A DNA stretch of 49,219 nt. It comes from a bacterium. Lineage in GTDB: Bacteria; Zhuqueibacterota; Zhuqueibacteria; Oceanimicrobiales; Oceanimicrobiaceae. Shown piece after piece: positions 29,925 through 40,368 of the stretch (its first letter is position 1; the number at the start of each line of letters is the position of its first letter). Location of the stretch: the NCBI GenBank assembly GCA_046757165.1, contig JBHHXT010000016.1, positions 1 to 49,219 of the forward strand, in the 5' to 3' direction. Made by a program: the position numbers and the translations under genes. Below the pieces are notes generated by a model that did not search any database, was not told the DNA's origin, and was given only the letters and a program-made list of their open reading frames with translations.

Positions 29925-30980
29925 GTGGGCAAAAAGATTCGAGTCCTTATCGTAGATGATTCGGCGGTCGTGCGGCAAATCCTGTCGCAAGGCCTCTCTG
30001 CGGACCCGGAGATCGAAGTGGTTGGCACGGCCTCCGATCCGTACATCGCCCGAGACAAGATTCTGCAGTGCAAGCCGGATGTGTTGACACTCGACGTAGA
30101 GATGCCCCGAATGGATGGTGTGGAGTTTCTACGCCGGTTGATGCCGCAGCATCCGATGCCCGTGTTGATGGTCAGCTCGCTTACGGAAAGAGGAAAGCAA
30201 ATCACGGTTCAGGCCCTGGAAGCCGGAGCCGTCGATTTCGTGACCAAGCCGACCTCGGACGTGCAGCGGGGTCTGAACCAGATGTTAGGAGAGCTGCGCC
30301 AGAAACTGAAAATCGCAGCGACGGCGAATGTCAGCCGCTGGAAGAGGCGCAATTATCAACCCCGCCGGCCAACACCCGCTGCCTCGCATGCTTTGGCGGA
30401 GTCGACCGACAAAGTCATCGCCATCGGCGCCTCCACCGGCGGTACGGAGGCGGTGCGCCAGGTTCTCGGCGAGCTGCCAGGCGATACGCCGGGCATCGTG
30501 GTCGTGCAACACATGCCGGCCGGGTTCACAAGGATGTTCGCGCAACGGCTCAATGAGCACTCTGCCATGGTGGTCAAAGAGGCCAAAACAGGCGACAGAA
30601 TTCTGCAAGGGCGAGTGCTCATTGCCCCTGGCGATTATCATATGAAGGTGTATCGTTCGGGAGGCATGTACTACGTCGAGTGTAAGCAGGCGGACAAGGT
30701 TTGTGGGCACCGGCCTTCGGTCGAAGTCTTGTTCAGGTCCGTGGCCTATTCTGTCGGGGCCAATGCTATTGGTATCATATTGACCGGCATGGGGCATGAT
30801 GGGGCCGACGGGATGGTCGCGATGCGCAAAGCAGGCGCCAAAACCATAGCCCAGGATGAAGCGACTTGTGTCGTTTTCGGTATGCCGAAGGTCGCTTACG
30901 AAAAAGGAGGAACAGACCAGTTGGTCGCGCTTGACAGAATACCTGGCAAACTGCTCTCCATGCTTTCAGTGAAAGGTTGA
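29925..30980 (+). CDS. cheB: CheB methylesterase (cluster 2)
   Basis: IVDDSAVVR, TLDVEMP, IGASTGGTEA, VQHMP, HRPSV, LTGMGHDGA, QDEATCVVFGMP. Confidence 0.95.
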   Translation: MGKKIRVLIVDDSAVVRQILSQGLSADPEIEVVGTASDPYIARDKILQCKPDVLTLDVEMPRMDGVEFLRRLMPQHPMPVLMVSSLTERGKQITVQALEAGAVDFVTKPTSDVQRGLNQMLGELRQKLKIAATANVSRWKRRNYQPRRPTPAASHALAESTDKVIAIGASTGGTEAVRQVLGELPGDTPGIVVVQHMPAGFTRMFAQRLNEHSAMVVKEAKTGDRILQGRVLIAPGDYHMKVYRSGGMYYVECKQADKVCGHRPSVEVLFRSVAYSVGANAIGIILTGMGHDGADGMVAMRKAGAKTIAQDEATCVVFGMPKVAYEKGGTDQLVALDRIPGKLLSMLSVKG

Positions 30981-30985
30981 GCTCA

Positions 30986-31471
30986 ATGAAGAACGTCTAT
31001 GTTGGAGTGGGCGAATATGCCACCTCCAGAACACAGGGTGAGATTGTTAGGACTCTAGCCTTGGGCTCGTGCGTGGCCGTTATCCTGCTGGACCCACAAA
31101 ACAGAGCGGTAGGTCTCCTTCATGTCGCCTTGCCAGACTCCTCGATCAATCAAAAGAGGGCCGTGGAGCGGCCCGGGATGTTTGCGGACACCGGCATCGT
31201 CAAAATATTGCAGGACATGAAGCGACACGGCTACAACGGCAAGAGCCGGCTGACAGTCAAGCTCGCGGGCGGGGCAAGTGTCATGGACCCGAACAACACC
31301 TTCAATATCGGCAAAAGGAATATCCTGGCTGTGCGCAAATGTCTGTGGCGATATCGATTGGGCGCCGTTGCCGAAGATTTGGGGGGGCATATCAGCCGCA
31401 CTGTCTCAATTGATGTCAACACCGGCAAAGTAACGCTCGCTTCCCCAGGAAGGGAGGATTGGTCACTATGA
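30986..31471 (+). CDS. cheD: Chemoreceptor glutamine deamidase CheD
   Basis: VGVGEY, T.ALGSCVAV, GLLHVALP, FADTG, KLAGGA, IGKRNI, AEDLGG...RT. Confidence 0.92.
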   Translation: MKNVYVGVGEYATSRTQGEIVRTLALGSCVAVILLDPQNRAVGLLHVALPDSSINQKRAVERPGMFADTGIVKILQDMKRHGYNGKSRLTVKLAGGASVMDPNNTFNIGKRNILAVRKCLWRYRLGAVAEDLGGHISRTVSIDVNTGKVTLASPGREDWSL

Positions 31472-32334
31472 GTATACCAGAAAAAATAGCCGCCCGGATA
31501 GAGGAGAAGCCAATTCCATCACTTGTGGCGTTCAAACTTCTGCATCTTCTCGACGACGAGGACCATTCGATCAAACAAGTCGTTCAGCTCATCGAGAACG
31601 ACCCTTCTCTGACCACGGAAGTGCTCAAAGTGGCCAATTCGGCAACTTATTTCAGGGGCAAAGAGGTCACAACCATGGGTCGGGCCGTCCTGCTGATGGG
31701 CGAAATGATGGTGGTCGGCATTGCCATTTGCGCCTCCTCATCCATCGTCTTCAACCAGCCGCTTGAAGGGTACCATTGTAAAGAGGGGCAGATGTGGCAG
31801 CATGCCGTGAAGTCTGCCATCGCCTCGCGCGAGCTGGTGGCATTTTTGAAAAAGAAAATTCCTGCCGGCCTTGCCTTTACCGCCGGTCTGCTGCATGACA
31901 TCGGCAAGTCCGTGCTCTCTGAATTCTTGCTGGAGAAAAGAGACGCTCTGCTGGCTTTGTGGAACGGGGAGCAGGTGGAGGATTTCCTGCTCGCCGAAAG
32001 AGAGACGGTCGGGACGGACCATGCGCAGGTCGGCTACGTTCTGTCCGGGCACTGGGGACTTCCCAAAGCGCTCCGGATCGCCATTCGGGACCACCACAAT
32101 CCGTCGGACACGGACACGGAATTCCGCGAGCTGGTTTATACGGTGCATTTGGGCGATCATATTGCCATGATGGCCGGCGCAGAAACAGGCTCGGACAGTT
32201 TCGGCTATCGCGTAGACGCAGAATATGCTGACTACTTCGACATCACGAAAGACCAGTTCGCCTTGCTGTTTTTGACAGTGCAAGAGGAATTTGAACGTAT
32301 CAAAGCGACCATAATGTCTGAAGGAAAGGGTTGA
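31468..32334 (+). CDS. HDOD-domain signalling protein
   Basis: IENDPSLT..VLKVANSA, WQHA, AFTAGLLHDIGK, ER...GTDHAQVG..L..HWGLP..L..AI..HH.P. Confidence 0.9.
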   Translation: MSIPEKIAARIEEKPIPSLVAFKLLHLLDDEDHSIKQVVQLIENDPSLTTEVLKVANSATYFRGKEVTTMGRAVLLMGEMMVVGIAICASSSIVFNQPLEGYHCKEGQMWQHAVKSAIASRELVAFLKKKIPAGLAFTAGLLHDIGKSVLSEFLLEKRDALLALWNGEQVEDFLLAERETVGTDHAQVGYVLSGHWGLPKALRIAIRDHHNPSDTDTEFRELVYTVHLGDHIAMMAGAETGSDSFGYRVDAEYADYFDITKDQFALLFLTVQEEFERIKATIMSEGKG

Positions 32335-32336
32335 AT

Positions 32337-32726
32337 ATGCTAGAAAATATCATCATCGCTGATGACTCTTCGACCGCCCGCATGATCATAAAGCGCTGTC
32401 TTGAAATAGCAGGCGCCGTGGATGCCAACTTTCTGGAGGCGGCCAACGGTGAGGAAGCGCTGCAATTGGCCAAAGAGCACTCGGTGGACCTGATTGTCAC
32501 AGATTTGAACATGCCGATAATGGATGGCCGGGCGCTCATCCGGCACGTTAAAACCAGTCCCAAGTTGACGCACCTGCCGATTTTGGTCATTTCCAGCGCC
32601 GGCAATGACGCGGTACGCCAGGATCTGTTGCGGCAGGGAGCGACTGCTGTCATCGATAAGCCGGTGTCGCCGGCCGCATTGGCTTCGGTGTTTCAGGATA
32701 TTTCGAACGATACAGAGTGGGGTTAG
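32337..32726 (+). CDS. Single-domain response regulator (CheY-like)
   Basis: IADDSSTAR, VTDLNMPIMDG, VISS, IDKP. Confidence 0.88.
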   Translation: MLENIIIADDSSTARMIIKRCLEIAGAVDANFLEAANGEEALQLAKEHSVDLIVTDLNMPIMDGRALIRHVKTSPKLTHLPILVISSAGNDAVRQDLLRQGATAVIDKPVSPAALASVFQDISNDTEWG

Positions 32727-32730
32727 AGCT

Positions 32731-33210
32731 ATGAAAGAAGTACAGGAACTCAAGGCTTCTTTGTCGAAGGCGGTCTTCGACACCATGGAGAATATGACCT
32801 TTGAGGAGGTCGAAATCATTGACAACGAAGAGGAAGTGGTGATGAGCACTGAGAATCTCATCTGGAGCGTGCTGCCGCTCAACAAACCGTACGCTGGGGA
32901 ACTGGTGGTGCGGGTGAGCAAAGATTATGGCAAAGCCCTCGCTGAAGAGGTGTTAGGGCTCATGGCGGGGGAAGTCTCAGATGAGACTGTCACTGATATC
33001 CTGGCTGAAATTGCGAATACATTGGCGGGCCGTTTTATGGACAACCTGGTGCCTTCCGATGAGGAATTCCAGCTTGGCTTGCCGCGTGCCGCAAGCGGGC
33101 ACCCGGCCGAAGGTCAGCAAGAGGTGGTCTCGATTCCTGTCAAGGTCGGCGAGCACGCGATGATTGTTTCAGTCTCTGGTAAAGACTTTGTTGAGCTGGT
33201 CAAGAACTGA
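32731..33210 (+). CDS. CheX-like phosphatase-family protein
   Basis: AVFDTMENM.F, DILAEIANTLAG (E-x-x-N motif), FQLGLP; sits between two response regulators. Confidence 0.7.
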   Translation: MKEVQELKASLSKAVFDTMENMTFEEVEIIDNEEEVVMSTENLIWSVLPLNKPYAGELVVRVSKDYGKALAEEVLGLMAGEVSDETVTDILAEIANTLAGRFMDNLVPSDEEFQLGLPRAASGHPAEGQQEVVSIPVKVGEHAMIVSVSGKDFVELVKN

Positions 33211-33236
33211 GAAAGTCCAATAGAGGAGTAACCACC

Positions 33237-33584
33237 ATGAAAATATTGGTTGTAGACGATTCGGCGGTCATGCGCAAGATTGTCATGAAGGCACTTGGCG
33301 AAGGTGGACATACCGACATTGTTGAAGCTGGTAACGGCAAAGAGGCCCTGGAGAAAGCCTCGGATGTAGACGTGGTATTTACCGATTGGAATATGCCTGT
33401 CATGGACGGCCTGACCTTTGTCAAAGAACTCAGGAAAACATCCAAGGTGCCGATCGTTATGGTAACCACCGAAGGCGGCCAAAAGGAAGTGCTGGAGGCG
33501 ATGAAGTCTGGGGTAAATGACTATATTGTAAAACCCTTCAAACCCACCGTTCTGCTGACCAAGATAAAAACTCTGGTCAAATAG
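33237..33584 (+). CDS. cheY: CheY response regulator
   Basis: MKILVVDDSAVMRKI, TDWNMPVMDG, MVTTEG, YIVKPF; GAGGAG RBS. Confidence 0.92.
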   Translation: MKILVVDDSAVMRKIVMKALGEGGHTDIVEAGNGKEALEKASDVDVVFTDWNMPVMDGLTFVKELRKTSKVPIVMVTTEGGQKEVLEAMKSGVNDYIVKPFKPTVLLTKIKTLVK

Positions 33585-33628
33585 CAAACGGGCCGTTTTA
33601 CAGATAATAAGTTAGGAGATCTCGAGAA

Positions 33629-34135
33629 ATGAGCGAAGATATTTTGCAGAAAGAAGATCTATTGCAAGACTTTGTCGACTCTACCATCGATGTCCTGACC
33701 ACGATGTCAGGGCTGGACGTGACCTACGACGGGATGCGAAAGATCGATGGCGTCGTGGATGGTCTCGGTATCACGGCCTGCATGGATATTACCGGCGTGC
33801 TTGGCTTTTCTGGCGGACGAAGAGGGTCTGTTTTGATTACCTTTTCAGATGCGATTGCTTTGAAAGCCATCGGCGGGATGCTTGGCATGGAGTTCACGGA
33901 AGTCGATGCCGACGTACGAGACGGCGTTGGCGAGCTGGTTAACATGATAGCGGGAGGGGCCAAGACCAAACTGCAAAACAAGGGCATAGACTTCGAGCTT
34001 TCGATTCCCAATACTGTGATTGGCTCGAACCATAAGATTACTGCGCCAGCCGCTACCACGAGAACTCGACTCGACTTCGGGACTCCGCATGGTAAGTTTT
34101 TTATCGAAGTATATTTGAAAAGGGACGATAGTTAG
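33629..34135 (+). CDS. cheX: CheY-P phosphatase CheX
   Basis: DITGVLGFSG...GS..ITF, DGVGELVNMIAGGAK, ELSIP.TVIG. Confidence 0.9.
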   Translation: MSEDILQKEDLLQDFVDSTIDVLTTMSGLDVTYDGMRKIDGVVDGLGITACMDITGVLGFSGGRRGSVLITFSDAIALKAIGGMLGMEFTEVDADVRDGVGELVNMIAGGAKTKLQNKGIDFELSIPNTVIGSNHKITAPAATTRTRLDFGTPHGKFFIEVYLKRDDS

Positions 34136-34167
34136 TTAGTGAGCATCTGCCTAGGGATTCATGTCTA

Positions 34168-34545
34168 ATGGCCAATCAGAAAAAAAGGGTGCTCATCGTA
34201 GATGATGAGTACTCATCCAGGCGGCTGCTGGAAAAAATCCTGCGCAGCTACCTGAACTGTGATGTTTTGCAAGCTGAAGAAGGATCGGTTGCGTTGCAGA
34301 TCATGGTCAAGGAGAATCCCGATCTCGTGATTCTCGACCTGGTCATGCCGTTTATGAATGGCGTAGAAGTCTTAAAAACAATGCGCAAAACAGCGAATCT
34401 TCGAGACATCCAGGTGGTCGTCTGTACCTCTATTGATGATCAAACACTCGTCAAGAAAGTCATTGAATTCGGGGTCAAAAAGTATCTGGTCAAACCCCTA
34501 AGTAAAGAGAAAGTTGTTGACGTGATCTCAGAACTCTTGGTCTAA
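34168..34545 (+). CDS. Single-domain response regulator
   Basis: IVDDE, ILDLVMPFMNG, VCTS, YLVKP. Confidence 0.88.
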   Translation: MANQKKRVLIVDDEYSSRRLLEKILRSYLNCDVLQAEEGSVALQIMVKENPDLVILDLVMPFMNGVEVLKTMRKTANLRDIQVVVCTSIDDQTLVKKVIEFGVKKYLVKPLSKEKVVDVISELLV

Positions 34546-34557
34546 CTGCGGAAGCCC

Positions 34558-35553
34558 ATGGCGACTGAAGCCCTCTCTCAAAACGAAATAGACGCCCTCC
34601 TGTCGCAGTCACAGGGCGTCGAAATTGGCGACGAAGAAGGCTCGGAGAAAAAAGAGAAAGCCGTCTTCACGTACAATTTCCGCAAGCAGAAGAAATTCAA
34701 CAAGGGTGACTTCGTCCTTCTCGAAAGCATCCACAAAAAGTTCCTGCGCAATGTCGAAGTGACGCTCACCAATGTCCTGAGTACGCCCATCATGGCCTCG
34801 TTGGCAGCCGCGACGGAATTGTCCTACAGCGATTGCATGGATTCCTTCTCCTCTCCGACGTGTATCTACATTTTGAACGTCAACCAGAGCCTCGGGAAAT
34901 TCATTATGGAGATCGATCCCAACTTTGCTTTTTTTGTCATCGACAAAATCCTGGGCGGAAATTCAAAAGATGTCCACACGATGGAGCGCGAGCTCAGCCT
35001 GATCGAAGAAAAGATCATGCACCGCGTCGTCAATTTCATGAACCAGGACTTGATGGACGCCTGGGAAAGGGTTGAAAAACTTCACATCGAAGTTGACGCT
35101 TTCTATGCCCAGCCGGACTATGTTCAAGTGCTCAGCAATACGGAAACAGTCATCCTCGTTTCCATGGATGTCCGAAGTTCCGACAAAACATTGGGATATG
35201 TCAACCTGTGTCTGCCGAGTAACATTCTGGAGGCATTAGTGCTGCAATATGACAAAACCGCAGAGAGAGCGCAGCGCTCTGTTGAGCATACTTCGACCGA
35301 CCGCATGAGTATCGAGTACCACGTAAGACGGTCAATCCTACCCCTACGCGTCATACTCGGTGAAACTAAGATGAAGGTCAATGACCTGCTCAATCTCGAT
35401 GCCGGAGATGTTATCTACCTCCACTCTGAAGTCAACAAACCGATCGATGTCTACGTTGGCGATTTGAAATTATATAGAGCGCTCCCCGTCAAGAAGGAAA
35501 ACTCTGTGGCTATCAAAATCTCTGACATCGTGCGAGTAGAACGACTGGATTAG
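34558..35553 (+). CDS. fliM: Flagellar motor switch protein FliM
   Basis: N-terminal CheY-binding LSQNEIDALL, YNFRK, IDKILGG, RELSLIE, NLCLP, C-terminal SpoA domain (LLNLDAGDVI). Confidence 0.92.
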   Translation: MATEALSQNEIDALLSQSQGVEIGDEEGSEKKEKAVFTYNFRKQKKFNKGDFVLLESIHKKFLRNVEVTLTNVLSTPIMASLAAATELSYSDCMDSFSSPTCIYILNVNQSLGKFIMEIDPNFAFFVIDKILGGNSKDVHTMERELSLIEEKIMHRVVNFMNQDLMDAWERVEKLHIEVDAFYAQPDYVQVLSNTETVILVSMDVRSSDKTLGYVNLCLPSNILEALVLQYDKTAERAQRSVEHTSTDRMSIEYHVRRSILPLRVILGETKMKVNDLLNLDAGDVIYLHSEVNKPIDVYVGDLKLYRALPVKKENSVAIKISDIVRVERLD

Positions 35554-35672
35554 CCAGCTTCGACCCTTCGCCCGGACCGTTCTATGGGTGCGTCGAACGC
35601 GGGTGACGCACACCGTTTTTTCCCATGCAATTTGACTTATTTCCCGACCCCAAGTCCAAAATCATGTAAAGC

Positions 35673-35712
35673 TTGACTTATGCAGGGCAATTGTTTATAT
35701 TGTTCTAAACAA
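35673..35712 (+). promoter_or_regulatory. sigma70 promoter with overlapping inverted-repeat operator
   Basis: TTGACT (35673-35678), 17-nt spacer, TATATT (35696-35701). Palindrome TTGTTTA-N8-TAAACAA (35691-35712) covers the -10 box. Confidence 0.7.
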
Positions 35713-35724
35713 ACTTAACGAGTA

Positions 35725-36240
35725 ATGCAGATGGGGAGTCATCAGCTAGAAGCGCGTAAAAACCAGCTTGCCGAGTCTGTCGGGGAGTTTATCAAATACT
35801 GGGGCTTCAAGGAAATTCACGGCAAGATTTGGGTTCAGATCTATCTGTCGCGACAGCCGATCACGGCCAAGCAGCTCACAGCGCGGCTGGGCGTAACCAA
35901 GGGTTTGGTCAGCACGGCACTTTCCGAGCTCATCGCCTATCAAGTGATCGAGAAGGTCAATCTCGGTGACGCCCGCTCGCCAGGCTACCAATCCAACACC
36001 GATTTGGTGCAGGTCATTTACAACGTCCTCCGGAATCGAGAGTTGAAGTTGACCACGAAGATTCAGGAAAACATTGCGGCTCTGGCGCAGGAAATGGAAT
36101 CAGAAGACCCTGAAATGCTGGAGAAGGTGAACAAATTGCAGGAAATGACCGGTTTCGCTGTCGACACGCTCAAGAAACTACTCGACAACAAAACGATTTC
36201 AACGGATAGATTCAAGCTGATCATGCGGCTGATCAGGTGA
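35725..36240 (+). CDS. GbsR/MarR-family winged-helix transcriptional regulator
   Basis: GEFIKYWGFKEIHGKIW..IYLS..P.T...L...LGVTKG.VS..L.EL pattern typical of GbsR-type regulators. Confidence 0.8.
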   Translation: MQMGSHQLEARKNQLAESVGEFIKYWGFKEIHGKIWVQIYLSRQPITAKQLTARLGVTKGLVSTALSELIAYQVIEKVNLGDARSPGYQSNTDLVQVIYNVLRNRELKLTTKIQENIAALAQEMESEDPEMLEKVNKLQEMTGFAVDTLKKLLDNKTISTDRFKLIMRLIR

Positions 36241-36430
36241 GCTCAGAGCCAGCAATCACGGCAAAAGAAAAGCCATCGGCCAGGTGACCCTTTCTTTAGT
36301 ATTTTTCTTTGCGCTCTTGGCGTAAACTTTGCGAACTCTTAGTTTTTGTGGTCTTGTTCCGCTTGTTAGATCCCGCGTTTCTTGCGGGGCTGGTCCGGGT
36401 TAGGATAATAATGGAGAGGTGGATAGGTTC

Positions 36431-37816
36431 ATGTTGCATGACTATGAGCTGATTCTTCAGAACGAGACAGTTTTGTCGCAGTCTTATCACACGGCCATTC
36501 TTCACGGCTTTCCGGTGGCCCTCTGGCGCTTTCCGCGCACATCTCAGTGTCACGCAATGGTCGACCTTTCAGGGGGCTCGCAGCGGGCGCCGGCCCGGTT
36601 CAGCCACCTGGCGACCGGGTTCATCATGGCTCCGTTTCACAACCGGACGGAGACCGCTTCCTACTTCATCCAGGCGCATCTCTACTTACAAGGTGACACC
36701 TGTTATTTTGGCCCCGCGTCTTCAGAAAAGAAAACGCGTGTTCGAGAAAACCGGAGGCGGTTTGAAAAAACACTGTACAAACTTTGTGCAGGAAATCCTC
36801 CGGTGGTCACGCCGGAACCCTACTGGTTCAGAGGGACGTCCTACAACCCCGGCGGGACGATAATGACAAAAGCCGCCTACTGCCGCCTGGTCGAACGCGC
36901 GTTGGAAGAGATCACCGCTGAGAAGTTGAAGAAGGTGGTGCTGTCGCGCGCCCTGGAAGTGACGTTGGCCCAGGGGTTCTCGCCACAAAACTTGTTCGAC
37001 CACCTTTGCGCCGCTTATCCCAATGCGTTTGTCTCGCTGGTGGCGCTGCCCGGCGTTGGCACGTGGATTGGCGCAACGCCGGAGCTGCTGTTGAGCCAGC
37101 AGAATGATGAATTGACGACCGTGGCCCTGGCCGGGACACGTCCGGTTTCACCTGGAAACGTGACTGGCCTTCCCGCTTCGCACGTCGGTCTGGAGCCTGG
37201 CTCTGAGCGATTCCGGAGTGGGAATCAGGCGTGGGAGCCGGGCGATAACGGAACGTTCAGTCATTCTGAGTGGGCGCAAAAATGGAGCGAAAAGGAGATC
37301 GATGAACAAGCTATCGTGAGCGAGTTTATCCGGCAGGCATTTGCTCACCACAAGATCGATGATTATACGGAGCAGCGCACCGAGTCCGTGCGGATTGGTG
37401 ATCTGCTGCATTTGCAGACAAAGTTCAAGTTGGAGAGCCTCGCCAGCCGTGGCGTCAACGTTGTCGACACCTTGCTGCACTCGCTGCATCCGACGCCAGC
37501 CGTCTGCGGTGTGCCGCAAAGCAAAGCCCTGACCTTTATCGAACGACATGAGTCGCACGCCCGCGAGTTCTACGCCGGTTATCTTGGCCCGGTTAACCTG
37601 GGTGAGCAATCGCATCTGTATGTCAACCTGCGGTGCCTGCAATTGTTGCAGAATTCCGCCTTGCTGTATGCCGGCGGCGGCATCACGATTGATTCCATTC
37701 CTGTGCAGGAGTGGCTGGAAACGGAGCTCAAGCTGGACGCACTGCTGAAGGTGCTCAACGGCGACATCCGGCCTGTGCACGCGGTAAGGCATGGCGAGGT
37801 CTCCTGTTATGAATGA
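36431..37816 (+). CDS. menF: Isochorismate synthase
   Basis: KKVVLSR, YPNAFVSL, WIGATPELLL, ALAGT, KEIDEQ, LHPTPAVCG.P, REFYAGYLG, VNLRC, YAGGGIT.DS....EW.ET..K; first gene of the men cluster. Confidence 0.9.
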   Translation: MLHDYELILQNETVLSQSYHTAILHGFPVALWRFPRTSQCHAMVDLSGGSQRAPARFSHLATGFIMAPFHNRTETASYFIQAHLYLQGDTCYFGPASSEKKTRVRENRRRFEKTLYKLCAGNPPVVTPEPYWFRGTSYNPGGTIMTKAAYCRLVERALEEITAEKLKKVVLSRALEVTLAQGFSPQNLFDHLCAAYPNAFVSLVALPGVGTWIGATPELLLSQQNDELTTVALAGTRPVSPGNVTGLPASHVGLEPGSERFRSGNQAWEPGDNGTFSHSEWAQKWSEKEIDEQAIVSEFIRQAFAHHKIDDYTEQRTESVRIGDLLHLQTKFKLESLASRGVNVVDTLLHSLHPTPAVCGVPQSKALTFIERHESHAREFYAGYLGPVNLGEQSHLYVNLRCLQLLQNSALLYAGGGITIDSIPVQEWLETELKLDALLKVLNGDIRPVHAVRHGEVSCYE

Positions 37817-39518
37817 GTTCAAGCAACGCATTGTCAACATTGCCGAACTTTGTTCACAGAAGCGTATTCGCCACGTGGTTATTTCACCTGGATCCCGTTC
37901 TGCTCCCTTGACCCTCGCGTTCTCGAGACACCCGAAAATGCGGTGCGAAACCGTCGTCGATGAGCGTTCTGCTGCGTTTGTCGCCCTGGGCATCGCTCAG
38001 CAAAGCGACACGCCGGTGGTTTTGATCTGTACCTCGGGTACAGCCGCGCTGAACTATGGTCCGGCCGTGGCAGAAGCTACTTACCAGCACATTCCTTTGC
38101 TGGTTCTGACCGCTGACCGGCCGCCGGAGTGGATTGACCAGAATGACGGCCAAACGATCGTTCAGCATCAGTTGTACGCCCCTCACTGCCGTGCTTTTTT
38201 TGAACTGCCCGTAGATGACCACGATCCGTCGGCGAAGTGGCACACAGAGCGGATACTATGCGAAGCGATCAATCGTTGCCTCTGGCCCATCCCGGGACCG
38301 GTGCATGTCAATGTGCCGCTGCGAGAGCCGCTTTATCCCGTAGATGAATTGACATATGACAAAAATCCGAAAATAATTTCCCAGGCACAACCTGAGATGG
38401 CACTGCCGGGCAAGGCCTGGAGTGAGCTGTTGTCCGGCTGGCGGCAGGCGCGCAAAAAGCTGATCGTGGCGGGGCTGCAAAAACCGGTGCCCGGGTTGTG
38501 TGAGCAATTGCATGCGCTACAGCAAGACCCGGGTGTCGTTTTCCTCTCGGACGTCACAGGCAACTGTCAGGCCGCGCAAACCGTGGCGCACTCGGATATG
38601 ATTCTGAGCACAGACTCTGACGATTTGCTGGCTGAGCTGCAGCCAGACCTGCTGATCACCTTCGGCGGCCCGGTGGTGTCGAAGAGCCTGAAGCTGTTTC
38701 TGCGCAGATTCCGGCCGCGGGCGCACTGGCAATTACAGCGCGGGCCAAATGCGGTCGACACGTTTCAGTCTTTGACGCAAATTCTGCCCGTCGAGCCGCC
38801 TTATTTTGTCCAGGAACTTCTGGCGCGAACAGGTGCGCCACAAACCTCCTCCGGACCCACTTATCGCGCGGTCTGGCAGCAGAAGGAGACCACGGCTCAA
38901 GACCATCTGGCAAGATTCCTGCGGCCGGCGCTCTTTTCTGAACTCTCTGCCATGCGGTCGGTTCTGCGACATCTGCCACCGGAGAGCCACCTGCAGTTGG
39001 GCAACAGCTCCATCGTGCGATTGGCCAACTTCATTTCGCTTGTGGACAAACCAGGCGTTCGCGTCAACTCGAACCGTGGCACCAGTGGTATCGACGGCAC
39101 GGTCAGCACAGCGGTGGGCGCAGCCCTGGCCACGCACATGATCACCACGCTCATCACCGGAGACCTGGCGTTTTTTTATGACCGCAACGGGTTGTGGTGC
39201 AAGACGTTGCCAGCCAATCTGCGCATCATCATCTTCAACAATGGCGGTGGCGGCATTTTCCGCATTCTGGACGGCAGCAGAACCCTGCCCGAGCTGACAG
39301 ACCATTTCGAAGTTGCGCACAATCTCACCGCCAGAAACACGGCGGCTGACCACAATCTGGACTATTTTTGGTGTGATTCCAAGGCCTCTCTGCAACAGCA
39401 TTTGTCGGCCTTTTTTGCGGACAGTGAGCGACCGGCCATTCTCGAAGTCGCTTTCAACAAGATGGTCAATTCCGAGATGTTTTTGAGGTTCAAAAAAATC
39501 ATGAGGGAAATTAGATGA
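37809..39518 (+). CDS. menD: SEPHCHC synthase MenD
   Basis: [77 protein letters not shown]. Confidence 0.96.
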   Translation: MNEFKQRIVNIAELCSQKRIRHVVISPGSRSAPLTLAFSRHPKMRCETVVDERSAAFVALGIAQQSDTPVVLICTSGTAALNYGPAVAEATYQHIPLLVLTADRPPEWIDQNDGQTIVQHQLYAPHCRAFFELPVDDHDPSAKWHTERILCEAINRCLWPIPGPVHVNVPLREPLYPVDELTYDKNPKIISQAQPEMALPGKAWSELLSGWRQARKKLIVAGLQKPVPGLCEQLHALQQDPGVVFLSDVTGNCQAAQTVAHSDMILSTDSDDLLAELQPDLLITFGGPVVSKSLKLFLRRFRPRAHWQLQRGPNAVDTFQSLTQILPVEPPYFVQELLARTGAPQTSSGPTYRAVWQQKETTAQDHLARFLRPALFSELSAMRSVLRHLPPESHLQLGNSSIVRLANFISLVDKPGVRVNSNRGTSGIDGTVSTAVGAALATHMITTLITGDLAFFYDRNGLWCKTLPANLRIIIFNNGGGGIFRILDGSRTLPELTDHFEVAHNLTARNTAADHNLDYFWCDSKASLQQHLSAFFADSERPAILEVAFNKMVNSEMFLRFKKIMREIR

Positions 39519-40342
39519 GTCAAAATGCAGTTGAATGGCAAACGATAAAGGAATTCGAGGATATTCTCTTCCTTTTTCACCAGGGCATTGCCAAGATCAG
39601 CTTCAACCGCCCGCAGGTTCACAACGCGTTCCGGCCCAAAACCGTCTTCGAGTTGTCGGAAGCGTTCGAAAGCGCACGTCAGAATCCCGACATTGGGGTG
39701 GTTATCCTCACAGGTGAGGGCGGCAATGCGTTTTGCAGCGGCGGTGACCAGAACGTGCGCGACGTCGGCGGGTATGTGGGCAGTGACGGCGTGCCCCGGC
39801 TCAACATCCTCGACGTTCAGAAGCAAATCCGTTCTATGCCGAAGCCCGTCATCGCGATGGTTGCGGGCTGGGCCATTGGGGGCGGCCACGTGCTGCATGT
39901 GGTCTGCGACCTGACCATCGCCGCGGACAACGCACGCTTCGGTCAAACCGGCCCGAAGGTTGGCAGTTTTGATGGCGGCTTTGGGGCCTCCTATTTGGCG
40001 CGCTGCGTCGGTCAGAAGAAGGCGCGGGAAATCTGGTACCTGTGTGACCAGTACGATGCCGGAGAAGCCTTGCAAATGGGACTCGTCAACAAGGTCGTGC
40101 CCCTTGCGCAACTGGAAAGCACGACCATCGACTGGTGCAACAAGATCTTGAACAAGAGTCCGATGGCGATCCGCTTACTCAAATCCTCGTTCAATGCCGA
40201 GCTGGACGGCCAGGCCGGCTTACAGGAGCTGGCCGGAAACTCAACCCTGCTCTACTACTTGACCGAGGAAGCCAATGAGGGCCGCAAAGCGTACGTCGAA
40301 AAACGAAAACCGGATTTTTCGAAGTTCCAGCGGTATCCGTAG
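39515..40342 (+). CDS. menB: 1,4-dihydroxy-2-naphthoyl-CoA synthase
   Basis: [69 protein letters not shown]. Confidence 0.97.
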   Translation: MSQNAVEWQTIKEFEDILFLFHQGIAKISFNRPQVHNAFRPKTVFELSEAFESARQNPDIGVVILTGEGGNAFCSGGDQNVRDVGGYVGSDGVPRLNILDVQKQIRSMPKPVIAMVAGWAIGGGHVLHVVCDLTIAADNARFGQTGPKVGSFDGGFGASYLARCVGQKKAREIWYLCDQYDAGEALQMGLVNKVVPLAQLESTTIDWCNKILNKSPMAIRLLKSSFNAELDGQAGLQELAGNSTLLYYLTEEANEGRKAYVEKRKPDFSKFQRYP

Positions 40343-40368
40343 GGCAACCGAGACGGCTGCACGCCTGC

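Noticed and set aside
35554..35625. Intrinsic terminator after fliM
   Set aside because: A T-run is present but the stem (GGTG/CACC) is short, so it is too weak to call.
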